A stretch of DNA of 64,000 nucleotides from Nitrosopumilaceae archaeon (GCA_965203465.1 CBDBCR010000003.1:288001-352000), one strand, 5' to 3'; numbered from the stretch's first letter, positions 50,332 through 60,180 are shown. Made by a program: numbers and translations. Notes: a model not told the origin generated them from the letters alone.

Positions 50332-50640
50332 TCACTTGATCTCCAGCCTGTCCAGCGGGTCGAAATCCAGCTTGTCGACGGGCTCTGTCCTGCGCTCTTC
50401 GGCCGCGCCCTTCATGGTCTTTTCGATGGCCTTGCGCGCCTGGGACACGTAGTCGTCTACCGCCTTGGCGTCCTTTTTGCTCAGGGTGTCCCGCCGCTTG
50501 ACCACCAGCATCCCAGATACGGCATCCATGGCTATCTCGTCTCCGGCCTCCCACCCCAGGTTCCTGACCATGTGGGTGGGCACGCTCAACATGTACGTCC
50601 TGTCTTTTTTGCGCAGCATCCGGCTCTGCCTCTTGTCCAC
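50332..50640 (-). CDS. AbrB/MazE-family DNA-binding protein
   Basis: TYMLSVP..VR.LGW.AGD.I; TTAAAT upstream. Confidence 0.78.
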   Translation of the reverse strand: MDKRQSRMLRKKDRTYMLSVPTHMVRNLGWEAGDEIAMDAVSGMLVVKRRDTLSKKDAKAVDDYVSQARKAIEKTMKGAAEERRTEPVDKLDFDPLDRLEIK

Positions 50641-50693
50641 GCCCTCCGTCGGGCGGCCGGATTTAAGGCAGAAAGGCGCCTGCACGCGCCTTT

Positions 50694-50846
50694 TGCTGTA
50701 CCTGCAGGCGCCTTTGCTACGACCTGCTGTACCTGCAGGCGCCTTTTTGCTGTGCTTGCGGGCGCCTTTTCAAATTCCTGCTGTACCTGCAGGTGCCTTT
50801 TTGCTGTGCTTGCGGGCGCCTTTTTGCTGTACCTGCAGGCGCCTTT
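50694..50846. repeat. Six 22-bp direct repeats TGCTGTRCYTGCRGGYGCCTTT
   Basis: starts at 50694, 50725, 50748, 50779, 50802 and 50825 (periods 31/23/31/23/23). Confidence 0.85.
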
Positions 50847-51176
50847 GGGCAGGCCCGCGCCGCCCTCGCATTTACCCACAAAACGACCAAACGAACAGAC
50901 ACGGGAGGAGCACGGCTCCCCCGAATCCTCCCGACCTTAGCGGGCCGCCCGTCGGCGGCCCATGTCCCTGACCGTCTCGGCCGGCTGAACACCGGCCGAA
51001 CCCAGAGATCGCGGTCACGGCCGGCCCGGCCCGTTCCGTATCCGTACGCCCGGGCCGGTCAGGCCCCGACCAGGATCGCCTCCAGATTGTATTCGCGCAC
51101 GACACGACGGCACGAAATCAAAGTACGCGGCACCCGGCTTGATCTGGCTCCGCTTCCGGCTCTGGATTCGCGTACG

Positions 51177-51476
51177 CCGTGGCTCCATGGCCCGTGGCTC
51201 CATGGCCCGTGGCTCCATGGCCCGTGGCTCCATGGCCCGTGGCTCCATGGCCCGTGGCTCCATGGCCCGTGGCTCCATGGCCCGTGGCTCCATGGCCCGT
51301 GGCTCCATGGCCCGTGGCTCCATGGCCCGTGGCTCCATGGCCCGTGGCTCCATGGCCCGTGGCTCCATGGCCCGTGGCTCCATGGCCCGTGGCTCCATGG
51401 CCCGTGGCTCCATGGCCCGTGGCTCCATGGCCCGTGGCTCCATGGCCCGTGGCTCCATGGCCCGTGGCTCCATGGC
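51177..51476. repeat. Perfect tandem array, 20 x CCGTGGCTCCATGGC
   Basis: counted directly; no spacers. Confidence 0.95.
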
Positions 51477-51543
51477 ACAAATGAATCCAAATCGCCAGCA
51501 GAGACACACGCTTCGTCGAACCCAATCCTGTTGAATCGCTAGA

Positions 51544-52188
51544 TCATATTGTCCACTTGGGAGAGCGGGAGCGGCGGCTCTTCGTGGAGCCGAAGAGCCC
51601 CGAGCCGGCCGACTTTTTGGAGCGGCCCTTGGAGGGGGAGCCGAAGAGCCCCGAGCCGGCCGACTTTTTGGAGCGGCCCTTGGAGGGGGAGCCGAAGAGC
51701 CCCGAGCCGGCCGACTTTTTGGAGCGGCCCTTGGAGGGGGAGCCGAAGAGCCCCGAGCCGGCCGACTTTTTGGAGCGGCCCTTGGAGGGGGAGCCGAAGA
51801 GCCCCGAGCCGGCCGACTTTTTGGAGCGGCCCTTGGAGGGGGAGCCGAAGAGCCCCGAGCCGGCCGACTTTTTGGAGCGGCCCTTGGAGGGGGAGCCGAA
51901 CGAGAACATCGGATCTCCCTTCTCTACCACGTACTTTTTGCCCAGGCTACGTTTTTTGCGCTTTTGCAGGGGAGACAGTTTTGCCCCGCCCGTCTTTACC
52001 TCCACGTACCTCGTCTCTTTTTTGCCCGTCAGCCAGTTGCTTCGCGTGGCCTTGAAGTCGTGGCCGCGGCCCGTACGCTTCATCTTGTATCCGGACATCT
52101 CGTACTTGTCCCGGACGCGCCTCTCGCCGGACCTGCCCTGGGCGGCGTTGTCCCTGATGACGCTCCTCTTCGATCTCCTGAAGAACAC
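51544..52188 (-). CDS. PD-(D/E)XK nuclease-like protein with basic 19-aa C-terminal repeats
   Basis: G..GE...GHDF...YVEVKTG; FGSPSKGRSKKSAGSGL-type unit, 6 copies. Confidence 0.75.
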   Translation of the reverse strand: MFFRRSKRSVIRDNAAQGRSGERRVRDKYEMSGYKMKRTGRGHDFKATRSNWLTGKKETRYVEVKTGGAKLSPLQKRKKRSLGKKYVVEKGDPMFSFGSPSKGRSKKSAGSGLFGSPSKGRSKKSAGSGLFGSPSKGRSKKSAGSGLFGSPSKGRSKKSAGSGLFGSPSKGRSKKSAGSGLFGSPSKGRSKKSAGSGLFGSTKSRRSRSPKWTI

Positions 52189-52318
52189 GCGTACGGGACG
52201 AGCCGCGCCGTAATCAACCTTGTGGCCGGTTCCAGCAGCCGCCTGCTTGACCCGCCGTGGCCGGCGCCCGCGTACACTGTACAGGCGGCTTTAAATCGGC
52301 ACGCTTCCACGCGGAGGC

Positions 52319-53089
52319 ATGGGCGTGCCCAAAAGGAGCGACATAGCCGTCGGAGACAAGGTAGGCGTAGAGACAAAGGCAGACCAGGGAACGGGAAGGC
52401 TAACGGAGAGGGTCGTGGAGGCTGTACTTACGAGCAGCGAAGATCACCCGCACGGGATAAAGGTCAGGCTACAGGACGGCAATATCGGCAGGGTAAAGTC
52501 GCTGGTAGGCCCGCCTGCTCCCGCAGGGATGCAGTTTGTGGATCTTGCCTCCAGGCAGATACCGGCCACCGAGGATTCCGGCAACGGGTTCAAAGAGTCC
52601 TACCAGTACGACCGGGAGACCGAAAAACTGGGCGGGCTGGCAGGCAACGAACGGCACGCGGCCGTAGAGGCCAAAAAGACGGCGTCGCTGGAACTGGTGG
52701 CCGCGGCCATCTGCGCCATTGGCAACAAGGACGGGGGCTTCGTATACGTGGGCGTCCGAGACGACGGGACGCCGGCCGGGTTCCGAAAAGACCTGGATCT
52801 GCGGGGTTTCGCCGATTACAAGGACGCGATGGCAAACCACATGGCAGACTCGTTAAAGACGCTGATCAGGGACGACGCGTTCGTCCTGTCAAAGCTCCGC
52901 ATAGAGTTCCGGTATGTCGAAGGCGCCCCGGTCTGGACGATACAGGTCCTGCCGTCGGACAGGCCTCTCTTTCTTCACGGCTCCCGGGGCAAGGAGTTCT
53001 ACGTCCGGGGCGCAGCGCCCCGCTCCGAGAGGCTGGACGGCCATGAGATGGCTAGGTACATCTCCGAGCGGTTCCGGAGGCAGGCGTGA
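52319..53089 (+). CDS. YwbE/DUF2196-like domain fused to a Schlafen/AlbA_2 domain
   Basis: K.DQ.TG.LT...LT.S..HPHGIKVRL; FKES, AICAIGN.DGG..YVGV.DDG, FYVR. Confidence 0.8.
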   Translation: MGVPKRSDIAVGDKVGVETKADQGTGRLTERVVEAVLTSSEDHPHGIKVRLQDGNIGRVKSLVGPPAPAGMQFVDLASRQIPATEDSGNGFKESYQYDRETEKLGGLAGNERHAAVEAKKTASLELVAAAICAIGNKDGGFVYVGVRDDGTPAGFRKDLDLRGFADYKDAMANHMADSLKTLIRDDAFVLSKLRIEFRYVEGAPVWTIQVLPSDRPLFLHGSRGKEFYVRGAAPRSERLDGHEMARYISERFRRQA

Positions 53090-54051
53090 AGGACATGGAC
53101 GGACTGATACACAGCCCGCTGTTCGGGCACATCTCCGACTATTTTGCGGCAGGCGACACCGGAACCGACACGACGTTCCTGTTCACCCCGTACGTCAGGG
53201 CGGGGGTGGCCGGCAAGCTCTTGGAAGGGGTACGCAACAGGGTGGTTATCGTGACCACCTGGAATCCGGCCGACCTGAGGTCGGGCTCGTCTGACATCGA
53301 GCTGTATCCGTTCTGTCGGGAGAAGGGGTACGCGCTGTACGTCAACGACGATCTGCACCTCAAAGCGTATTCCGTGGGACTGGGCGACGCCGTGCTCGCC
53401 ACGGGCAACGTCTCTTGCCGCGGCCTTTTGCCCGGGGGCAACTACGAGGCGGCCGTCCGCGTGGTGCTGACTCCGGCCGACCGGCTGTTCCTAGAGGGCA
53501 TACGGCGCGGCGCGCGGCTGGTGGACGACGCCGTGTACGAAGCCGCCAAGGGGTGGCTGGAAGCCAACCCGGCCGAGATGTCCGAGCCTCCGTCGCTCGG
53601 CGAGATCGCGCCCGAGCCGGGCGCCGACGATTTTTTGATCTCGGCTCTGCCCATGACGCGCAACATCGACGACTTGGCGGAAGGATACGCCCGCATGGCC
53701 GAGGGCGGGCAGCCGTCCGACGACCCCGAGACGGCGGCCTGCATCTTTCACGACCTGGCAAACTACGGCGTGCCGTCCGGGCTGGACGGAGGCGGGTTTC
53801 TGTCCGAGCTGTCGGTCCGGTTCTTTGCCCACCCGTTCATACGCCGGATAGACGAGTTCATAGACCCCGAGGCGTACTTTGGGCGGATCAAAGAGTGGGT
53901 GCAGGACAACTGCACCGACGTGCCCGTCCCGAGCAGGAGGGAGCTGACCGGCAACGTGCAGGTCCTGCTGGAGTGGTTTGTGGCACTGGGGGCCGGCCGG
54001 TACCAAGTGGACGTGCCCGGAAGGAGATCCCAGAGGATTAGGCGGCTCTGA
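53086..54051 (+). CDS. Phospholipase D-family (HKD-like) nuclease
   Basis: FTPYV, LHLKAY, ATGNVS, GNYE. Confidence 0.75.
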   Translation: MKDMDGLIHSPLFGHISDYFAAGDTGTDTTFLFTPYVRAGVAGKLLEGVRNRVVIVTTWNPADLRSGSSDIELYPFCREKGYALYVNDDLHLKAYSVGLGDAVLATGNVSCRGLLPGGNYEAAVRVVLTPADRLFLEGIRRGARLVDDAVYEAAKGWLEANPAEMSEPPSLGEIAPEPGADDFLISALPMTRNIDDLAEGYARMAEGGQPSDDPETAACIFHDLANYGVPSGLDGGGFLSELSVRFFAHPFIRRIDEFIDPEAYFGRIKEWVQDNCTDVPVPSRRELTGNVQVLLEWFVALGAGRYQVDVPGRRSQRIRRL

Positions 54052-54149
54052 TAGAGGGTCTCGGTCCCGCGAGTATTTGGCGCGAACCTCATACACGGCA
54101 GGAACAGCGCGACCGGCACTCTTATCTTGAGGGCCCGGGGCGGAACCGC

Positions 54150-55520
54150 ATGGACAGGATTCTCAGCCCGTATCAAAAAGCCCTGCTCCCGCACCTGTTA
54201 ATCGAAATTCTGAGAGGCAAGGGACGGACCGTAGTCGATCTCGGAAGCAAGGCATCCCGAGGAGATCCGATACAGAGAGAACATACAGGCCTGCCCGTAT
54301 GGCACGCCAAGAGTAGCATAGACGACCAAGTGGCCAAGACCCTGCGCTTGCCGCCGTCGCTCCACGGTCCTAGTAGAGAGACCAACAACCTTCCAATCCA
54401 AACGCGCAGAGCGATTGACAAGTTGTGCAAACAGGGGATCGTCGCAGTCTGGAACTCCAAGCGGGCTTCGCTTTTCAGACTAGCCGATTTCGGCCGTCAG
54501 CCGACACCCAAGCCGCGAACAGGCACGCCTGCGCGCCCCGACTTGGACGCAGGAGCCCTGTTCATGACGATTGTCTCCCAATCAAGCAAAGACAACACGT
54601 ACAAGTTCGTCCTAGGCAAAATACTGCTTGACTACTGTAGGGACAACGCCCCCGAATCCGGCAAACACAGTATATCCTACGATTACCTGGCCGGCGAATT
54701 CCTGAGGCACTACTGGCACCAAAAGTACAGGTTCAAGATGAAGCAGGACTTTCACGTGCACGGCAGGGGACCGGTGGCCGTCCAGATACTGGAAGATGTC
54801 TTTGGCGAAGATTCTCCCGGCAGGTTCGAGGAGCTAGACCAGGCAAAGGTGGAGAAGGCCAGACAGACGATGCTCAGGAGGGTGTTTGCCAGAGCCAGCA
54901 GCTACCAGGGGAACGTGCTGCACAGATTCCAGAGAATCGGCAGGGGCGACGGCATGTACGACGGGACAGACATTTACGACAACGATGAAGGGAAGAAGAC
55001 CATCACGCTAAAGCCCGACATCCACGCTTTTCTGAGGCAGAATTACGTCTGGCTCGAGCGCGCGCTAGTGTCAGAATGGGCGTCGTACTTGGAGCGCGCC
55101 AATCCCGGGCTCCCTCGGCTGATCTCAAAGCTGTCTAGGCTGGATGCGAACCCGGAGCCTGCCAAGTACAGGGCGGACTTTCTGCGGGCAGGGGAGTCAC
55201 TCCGCTGCTTCTATTGTGAGCGCGGGTTGGAGCCCAAATTCGCCCGCATGGATCATTTCATACCGTGGCCGTACATGTTTGACTACCATGCCTGGAACAT
55301 CGTCACCGCGTGCCGCGAATGCAACCGCGCAAAGGGCGATTTGCTGGCACCTGCAAAGTTGGTAGACCGGTTGATCGAGAGGAACGACCTATGCGCAAAG
55401 ACGATGCAGATCATGCGGACGTCCCTGTCCCGGCTCTCGCTAGGCGGAGACTGGGAAGGCACGATGCGCGGTCATTACGCCATGTGTGGAGGATTCGGGT
55501 TCGGAAAATGGGCGTCTTGA
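54150..55520 (+). CDS. HNH endonuclease
   Basis: NTYKF, CFYC, DHFIPW, WNIV.AC..CN..K. Confidence 0.88.
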   Translation: MDRILSPYQKALLPHLLIEILRGKGRTVVDLGSKASRGDPIQREHTGLPVWHAKSSIDDQVAKTLRLPPSLHGPSRETNNLPIQTRRAIDKLCKQGIVAVWNSKRASLFRLADFGRQPTPKPRTGTPARPDLDAGALFMTIVSQSSKDNTYKFVLGKILLDYCRDNAPESGKHSISYDYLAGEFLRHYWHQKYRFKMKQDFHVHGRGPVAVQILEDVFGEDSPGRFEELDQAKVEKARQTMLRRVFARASSYQGNVLHRFQRIGRGDGMYDGTDIYDNDEGKKTITLKPDIHAFLRQNYVWLERALVSEWASYLERANPGLPRLISKLSRLDANPEPAKYRADFLRAGESLRCFYCERGLEPKFARMDHFIPWPYMFDYHAWNIVTACRECNRAKGDLLAPAKLVDRLIERNDLCAKTMQIMRTSLSRLSLGGDWEGTMRGHYAMCGGFGFGKWAS

Positions 55521-55606
55521 CTGTCTGCATTACAGGGTTGGAAAGTCGTGTGGGCAAGCCACCAGATTCAAAGCTTCGATCGCGATGTCTCTCGTAAACT
55601 CGGCGG

Positions 55607-57376
55607 TCATTTGTTCAGGAAAGACTCCATGATCTCTCCCCAGTGGAAACGGCTGTTGGCCAAAATTTTTCTGTTGTTGTCGTTGGGTTCTTCGTCTTCA
55701 AGACGTGCCCATGATGCGAGTAGAAGGAAGAGGCCAAGTTTGGCGTCTTTGAGGCGCTGCAGTGCATCAGCCTGCCCGATGTCGTCCGACACATCTTCTA
55801 CTAGCAGGAGGAGATTCTTGTAAGCTGGGTGGTTGGTGTTGAGCTTTACTATTGCGACACCGCCGTCCAGACTCACGTCAAAAAACTGCGAATTGTTCCA
55901 GTCGGCTTTTTCAAATTTGATCCGGATCTTTTTGCGCACTATGTCCATTGCTTCCTCTTCGATATGCTCCTTGGGCACTACGTCTGCAAGCGTCGGTTTG
56001 ATGTTTTCTATCCTCTGCGTATCGGTCTGTTCTTGTATCTGCCCATCGGTTACGCTGGGATGCCCCTGTTGTTCCCTTTGCCGAGCTTTCTCGCTAAAAG
56101 GATCGTGCCTTTGTTCTTTACGTGCTTTCTTCCCCCTTCCTTGTTTTTTGATCTGCGTACGCATGTTTCTGAGTCGCGTCTGGATTCTCTTGACGATGGT
56201 GGCCATGATCTTGTCCTCCTCGTTCAATTCTTCTACATCGGCCGGTTTGTCGTGTATCTCCACCCCGTATCTCTTGGTCATGATCGAAAAATTGGTCGCC
56301 TCCTGTTTGTTGTTGGTAATCCCGAAAAACTCATCGAGTGCAGGGGGAAATTCCACCTCTGCTCCCCACCAGCGCTCTAGTGGATCATACGTTTGGCACA
56401 GATTCTGATCCATGTTGATCTCACGCCCGCCTCTAACCACAGAAACTCCCAAGTTAAAGTTGGCGTGTTGCCCGTGCGGTTGGCTCCCTGCCTGGCTACC
56501 ATCAACCAACTCCCTAGCTTCGCCCTTGGCAAATGCAAAGCGCATAACAACCAAGTGTGAATTTCCATCCGCATCTTCTACTGGAATTTCTTCCTTGTGC
56601 CCTGCCTCGTCACCGTCTAGGGCGAACATTGGTTTTGAATCCCACGGCGGCGGCGTAGATGACTTTACCATCTGGTAAAGTGGATCGTTGGGGCGCACGT
56701 ATGTAGTGTCCCCAGTTTTGTCTTGGTTGTCGATTGGCACAAGGCGGATCTTTAGCTTGCCAGAGTCTATGAACTTGCGGTATATCCTGCCTACCAGATT
56801 TTCGGATCTCTTTAGCAGAGTAGACGACTTTTTCCATATGCATCTGTCAAGCTGGGACCATACAACCATGGTGCCCGATCCGTTCAAGAAGATCTTGGAA
56901 TTGGACTTGAATATCTCCGGAATCTCGGCAGGTTTAGGTTCGGGCACCTCGCGCATGTTGTGCTTTCTGATCTCGTCAAGATCTAGATACGTCGACATCA
57001 CCTTTCCCGGCTCCTGCCAAGTGTACACTTCCACTTTCCGGCACTGAGATATTGAAGAGTAGGGCAGCCCCATGCCGAATCTGCCTATTCCTTTCCTAGA
57101 TCTGCGCGTGCCGATCCCGAACCGGAGCGAGTCCCACAATACGTCCTTGGACATGCCGTCGCCGTTGTCTACGACCGCCACATGCTGTAGCCGCTCTACC
57201 CTGCGCGTCATGGTATCGTCTATGCTGTCCTTGCACACCACGTCGATCTTTGAAGCGTTTGCCTCGAAAGCATTGTCGATGAGTTCGGCCAAGGCGTGCG
57301 CCGGGCTGCGGTACCCGCCGTACCTCATGGAATCTATAAAGTCGTCCCCGCCGAGTATGTCGTGCCTGCCGCTCAT
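55607..57376 (-). CDS. MORC-like GHKL ATPase
   Basis: ALAELIDNA, VDNGDGM, GRFGMGL, GTMVVW. Confidence 0.88.
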   Translation of the reverse strand: MSGRHDILGGDDFIDSMRYGGYRSPAHALAELIDNAFEANASKIDVVCKDSIDDTMTRRVERLQHVAVVDNGDGMSKDVLWDSLRFGIGTRRSRKGIGRFGMGLPYSSISQCRKVEVYTWQEPGKVMSTYLDLDEIRKHNMREVPEPKPAEIPEIFKSNSKIFLNGSGTMVVWSQLDRCIWKKSSTLLKRSENLVGRIYRKFIDSGKLKIRLVPIDNQDKTGDTTYVRPNDPLYQMVKSSTPPPWDSKPMFALDGDEAGHKEEIPVEDADGNSHLVVMRFAFAKGEARELVDGSQAGSQPHGQHANFNLGVSVVRGGREINMDQNLCQTYDPLERWWGAEVEFPPALDEFFGITNNKQEATNFSIMTKRYGVEIHDKPADVEELNEEDKIMATIVKRIQTRLRNMRTQIKKQGRGKKARKEQRHDPFSEKARQREQQGHPSVTDGQIQEQTDTQRIENIKPTLADVVPKEHIEEEAMDIVRKKIRIKFEKADWNNSQFFDVSLDGGVAIVKLNTNHPAYKNLLLLVEDVSDDIGQADALQRLKDAKLGLFLLLASWARLEDEEPNDNNRKILANSRFHWGEIMESFLNK

Positions 57377-58947
57377 TCCCAAACATCCTCCCAGTTGCTG
57401 AACGCATCCACCACGCTGCCGAATCCTGGCAGCGTTATATCTGTCACGGTCACTACAGAGCAGTATTTGGAGCCACCCACACGGGGGCCACGTATGGCCC
57501 TGCCTACCATCTGGCTGTACAGCACTAGCGACTTGGTGGGCCTGGCGATGACCACCGCGGTGGTGCGGGGGGCGTCGAACCCGGTGGTCAGAACCCCATA
57601 GTTGCATATGATCCGAGGCTCCCCGCCGTCCTCCTTGTACTGGTCGATTATCTGATCCCGCACGTCCCGGGGCGTGCCCGCATCTACGTAAAAAGCTCGG
57701 TGTCCGCGCGTGTGCAGTATGAGGGAGAGATCGCGCGCGTGGGAGATGCTTGCGGCAAAGACGATTATGCGCCGGTGCTTGCTTCTGATCAACTCTTCGA
57801 CTTGATCAACTATTTTCACGTTGCGAATCTCATCTCTTGCAAGTTTCACCAGTACGTCCTCAGGTATTTCCAGTGCCTTTTCTATACGCGTCTTGTCGGC
57901 TTCTGACAAGTGACCGTTGTGCGATATCTGTTTGATACGCGCTTTCGCTATAAAGCCATCTTTGATCAGGAACTTTACCGGATGCATGCCCACATCCAAG
58001 GTAACTTTTGTCTTGTTGAAAAACTCAGCAAGCGCCTCGTCGGCCCCCACGTCGCTCCACGTTCTTCCAGGGGTGGCGCTCAGACCCATCAATCCCGCGC
58101 CGTGTTTTTCTACAAGATAGCTTAGGATGAATTGGTACGTCTCGGCCACCGCTTGGTGCGCCTCGTCTATGATCACCAGCGACACCCTGTCTGCCAGCGT
58201 GGTCAAAAACAGATCTTTCTTCTGCGCTGTCTTGTACATTTTGCCCAGTCCCGCCACGATGAGGCCAGTTTTGCAGTTGGGAGACAAGAGATCCGGAGAA
58301 TGGGATCCAAAGAACCGATGTATTGGAACCGCCTTGTTGCCTGCGTGTAGCCAGGCAGCCTTAAATTCTTCTATGGCCTGTTCGCACAGCTCTTCGCTGT
58401 ATGCCATCCAGATCACCAAGGCGGTGCGATCCTTCAAGAACAGGTCTGCTACCACCCTCATTGCGGTCCTGGTCTTGCCGGCGCCGGTGGGCATGTGGAG
58501 CAGCACGCGCGCCTCCGGTTCTTGCAGTATGCGTTCGATCTTTTCGATGGCCACGATCTGGTGGTCGAAGAGTGGCCGGGCCACCGCCGCCGCGTCGGAG
58601 CTAGGCGGCTTTGATGGAACCGTGTACTCTGACCATTCTGCGTCAAAGAACCGAAAGAGCGCCTTTTCTTTATCAGAGTTTTTTCTGAATGATTGCCTAG
58701 TGACAGCGGCATATTCGTCTTGGTCTTCTATGTCCAGAATTTTGGCAAGCCTCGTCATGGAGTTGCGCCCAAGGCTCATCAACAGAGCGTGGCGCATTTT
58801 TCTGTCTCGCAACATCTCGGTTCGCGACACCTTGTCAATCACCAGCTTTAGGAGATTTTCCGGGTTGACAGATGCGGGATCGAGTGCCTTGAGCACGTCC
58901 ATGCAGGCGCGGCTCAAAAACACGTTCTGGAGCTTGTCGGTTCCCAT
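57373..58947 (-). CDS. SF2 DEAH helicase (type III Res-like)
   Basis: MPTGAGKT, IDEAH, LSATP, LTTGFDAP, QMVGRAIR; the start could be 59007. Confidence 0.9.
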   Translation of the reverse strand: MGTDKLQNVFLSRACMDVLKALDPASVNPENLLKLVIDKVSRTEMLRDRKMRHALLMSLGRNSMTRLAKILDIEDQDEYAAVTRQSFRKNSDKEKALFRFFDAEWSEYTVPSKPPSSDAAAVARPLFDHQIVAIEKIERILQEPEARVLLHMPTGAGKTRTAMRVVADLFLKDRTALVIWMAYSEELCEQAIEEFKAAWLHAGNKAVPIHRFFGSHSPDLLSPNCKTGLIVAGLGKMYKTAQKKDLFLTTLADRVSLVIIDEAHQAVAETYQFILSYLVEKHGAGLMGLSATPGRTWSDVGADEALAEFFNKTKVTLDVGMHPVKFLIKDGFIAKARIKQISHNGHLSEADKTRIEKALEIPEDVLVKLARDEIRNVKIVDQVEELIRSKHRRIIVFAASISHARDLSLILHTRGHRAFYVDAGTPRDVRDQIIDQYKEDGGEPRIICNYGVLTTGFDAPRTTAVVIARPTKSLVLYSQMVGRAIRGPRVGGSKYCSVVTVTDITLPGFGSVVDAFSNWEDVWE

Positions 58948-58985
58948 GTTGCGTAGAGCCCGTTCAACCTCCAAACTGCCCGCCC

Positions 58986-59813
58986 CTACAAATGACACAT
59001 CGTGCACGGAGTCGACTCCTCGTCCTCGTCCAAAGCTTCGTCCAGCACTTGGACCAGCGGCAGGTTGGCGCGCTTGGCCTTTGCGCGTTTTTTGCCCTCT
59101 TCGTGTCTTTCCATTATCTCGTCGCGCCTTGCCAGCAGCTGCGGCAGCGTCTCGCCGGGCGACCACGTGTACTGCCTTCCCCGCATGGCGTTGGACTCGA
59201 ACGAGACGCCCGCGTCCTTTAGCATCTTGTTCTCGATGGCGACGGCCTTTTCGAACAGATCCGGGTGCTTGTCGGCAAGCCCCACCCACTCGGCCTTGCG
59301 CTGAAAGAAGCAGAAATAGCACCCAGAGCGCGTCCTCCACGAATAGTATTCGGGCAGATCCAAGCCGGCCTCGCGCAGTATCCCCATCACGCCGTCGTGG
59401 TCTATTCCGTCGTCGACGAACGGAAACTCGGCCCGGATGTTGGGCTTTGTAGATACGTACCCCTTGCGATTGCTCTCGTCCGCGCGTATGGCCACGTACG
59501 AGACCACGTCGTCCTCTCCGACCCAGTCCTCCAGCGGCTTTATCTTTAGGTGGGTGGTGCACCAGCGCATCTGCGGCGACGGTAGGGCGCCCCTGAACAC
59601 CTCGAAATAGTGGTCGAACCCGCGCGTCGAGTTGAGCCGGTTTATCGGCTTGCCCAAGACGACTTCGAGTTTTTGTAGGTACGCGTACGTCTCTGGAAGC
59701 TCGGCCCCCGTGTCGCAGAAAAAATACTCCATGTCCGGAACCCGATCGCGCATATATACAGCCAAGGCGCTAGAATCCTTGCCGCCGGAGATCCCGCAGA
59801 TGTGCCTCGGCAT
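58986..59813 (-). CDS. PAPS-reductase-family protein (SspD/DndC-like)
   Basis: SGGKDS, CDTG.ELPET, RWCT..LKI, RSGCYFC, C-terminal CxxC. Confidence 0.85.
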   Translation of the reverse strand: MPRHICGISGGKDSSALAVYMRDRVPDMEYFFCDTGAELPETYAYLQKLEVVLGKPINRLNSTRGFDHYFEVFRGALPSPQMRWCTTHLKIKPLEDWVGEDDVVSYVAIRADESNRKGYVSTKPNIRAEFPFVDDGIDHDGVMGILREAGLDLPEYYSWRTRSGCYFCFFQRKAEWVGLADKHPDLFEKAVAIENKMLKDAGVSFESNAMRGRQYTWSPGETLPQLLARRDEIMERHEEGKKRAKAKRANLPLVQVLDEALDEDEESTPCTMCHL

Positions 59814-59872
59814 GGCGCAAAAGTACGGTACCCGGTTTATAAGTATGGCGAGGATCTCTAGCCGTCGGAATT

Positions 59873-60079
59873 CTACTTTAACTTGGCGGCCAAGCTTTCG
59901 AACTCTTTCTTGGTGACGGTCAGGGAGAACAGCAGTCGATCGGGATCTTTGGCGCCTTCTTTCATCGGGTAGAACTTGATGGTATAGGCGTTGCCGACCT
60001 TGGCGATCTCGTACGGCCTAGCGCCCACTTTTTCACGCACGCCTGCTTGTCTCGGTAGTTCTTTATAAAGATGAATCAT
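59873..60079 (-). CDS. Small hypothetical protein
   Basis: 68-aa ATG ORF, co-oriented with the cluster. Confidence 0.55.
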   Translation of the reverse strand: MIHLYKELPRQAGVREKVGARPYEIAKVGNAYTIKFYPMKEGAKDPDRLLFSLTVTKKEFESLAAKLK

Positions 60080-60114
60080 AGAGTATTTATTTTAGTAGCC
60101 TGACACTCTAGTCA

Positions 60115-60178
60115 CCGTAGCCCGAATCCTGGGGCTGATACGGGATGTATCGGCGATCCTGGGCTCATGTGGGTACGG
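60115..60178 (+). ncRNA. Hairpin motif copy 4, 2 nt from the stop of the intact RNase H-fold gene
   Basis: CCGTAGCCC-GAATCC..GCTGATAC-GGGAT-GTATCGGC..GGGCTC-ATGT-GGGTACGG; TATTTAT at 60084. Confidence 0.7.
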
Positions 60179-60180
60179 CT

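Noticed and set aside
50694-51476. CRISPR array
   Set aside because: Spacers are 0-9 bp or absent, and there are no cas genes
51015-51534. ORFs encoding (MEPRA)n, (HGPWL)n and similar
   Set aside because: Artefact of a stop-free 15-bp repeat that is open in all six frames
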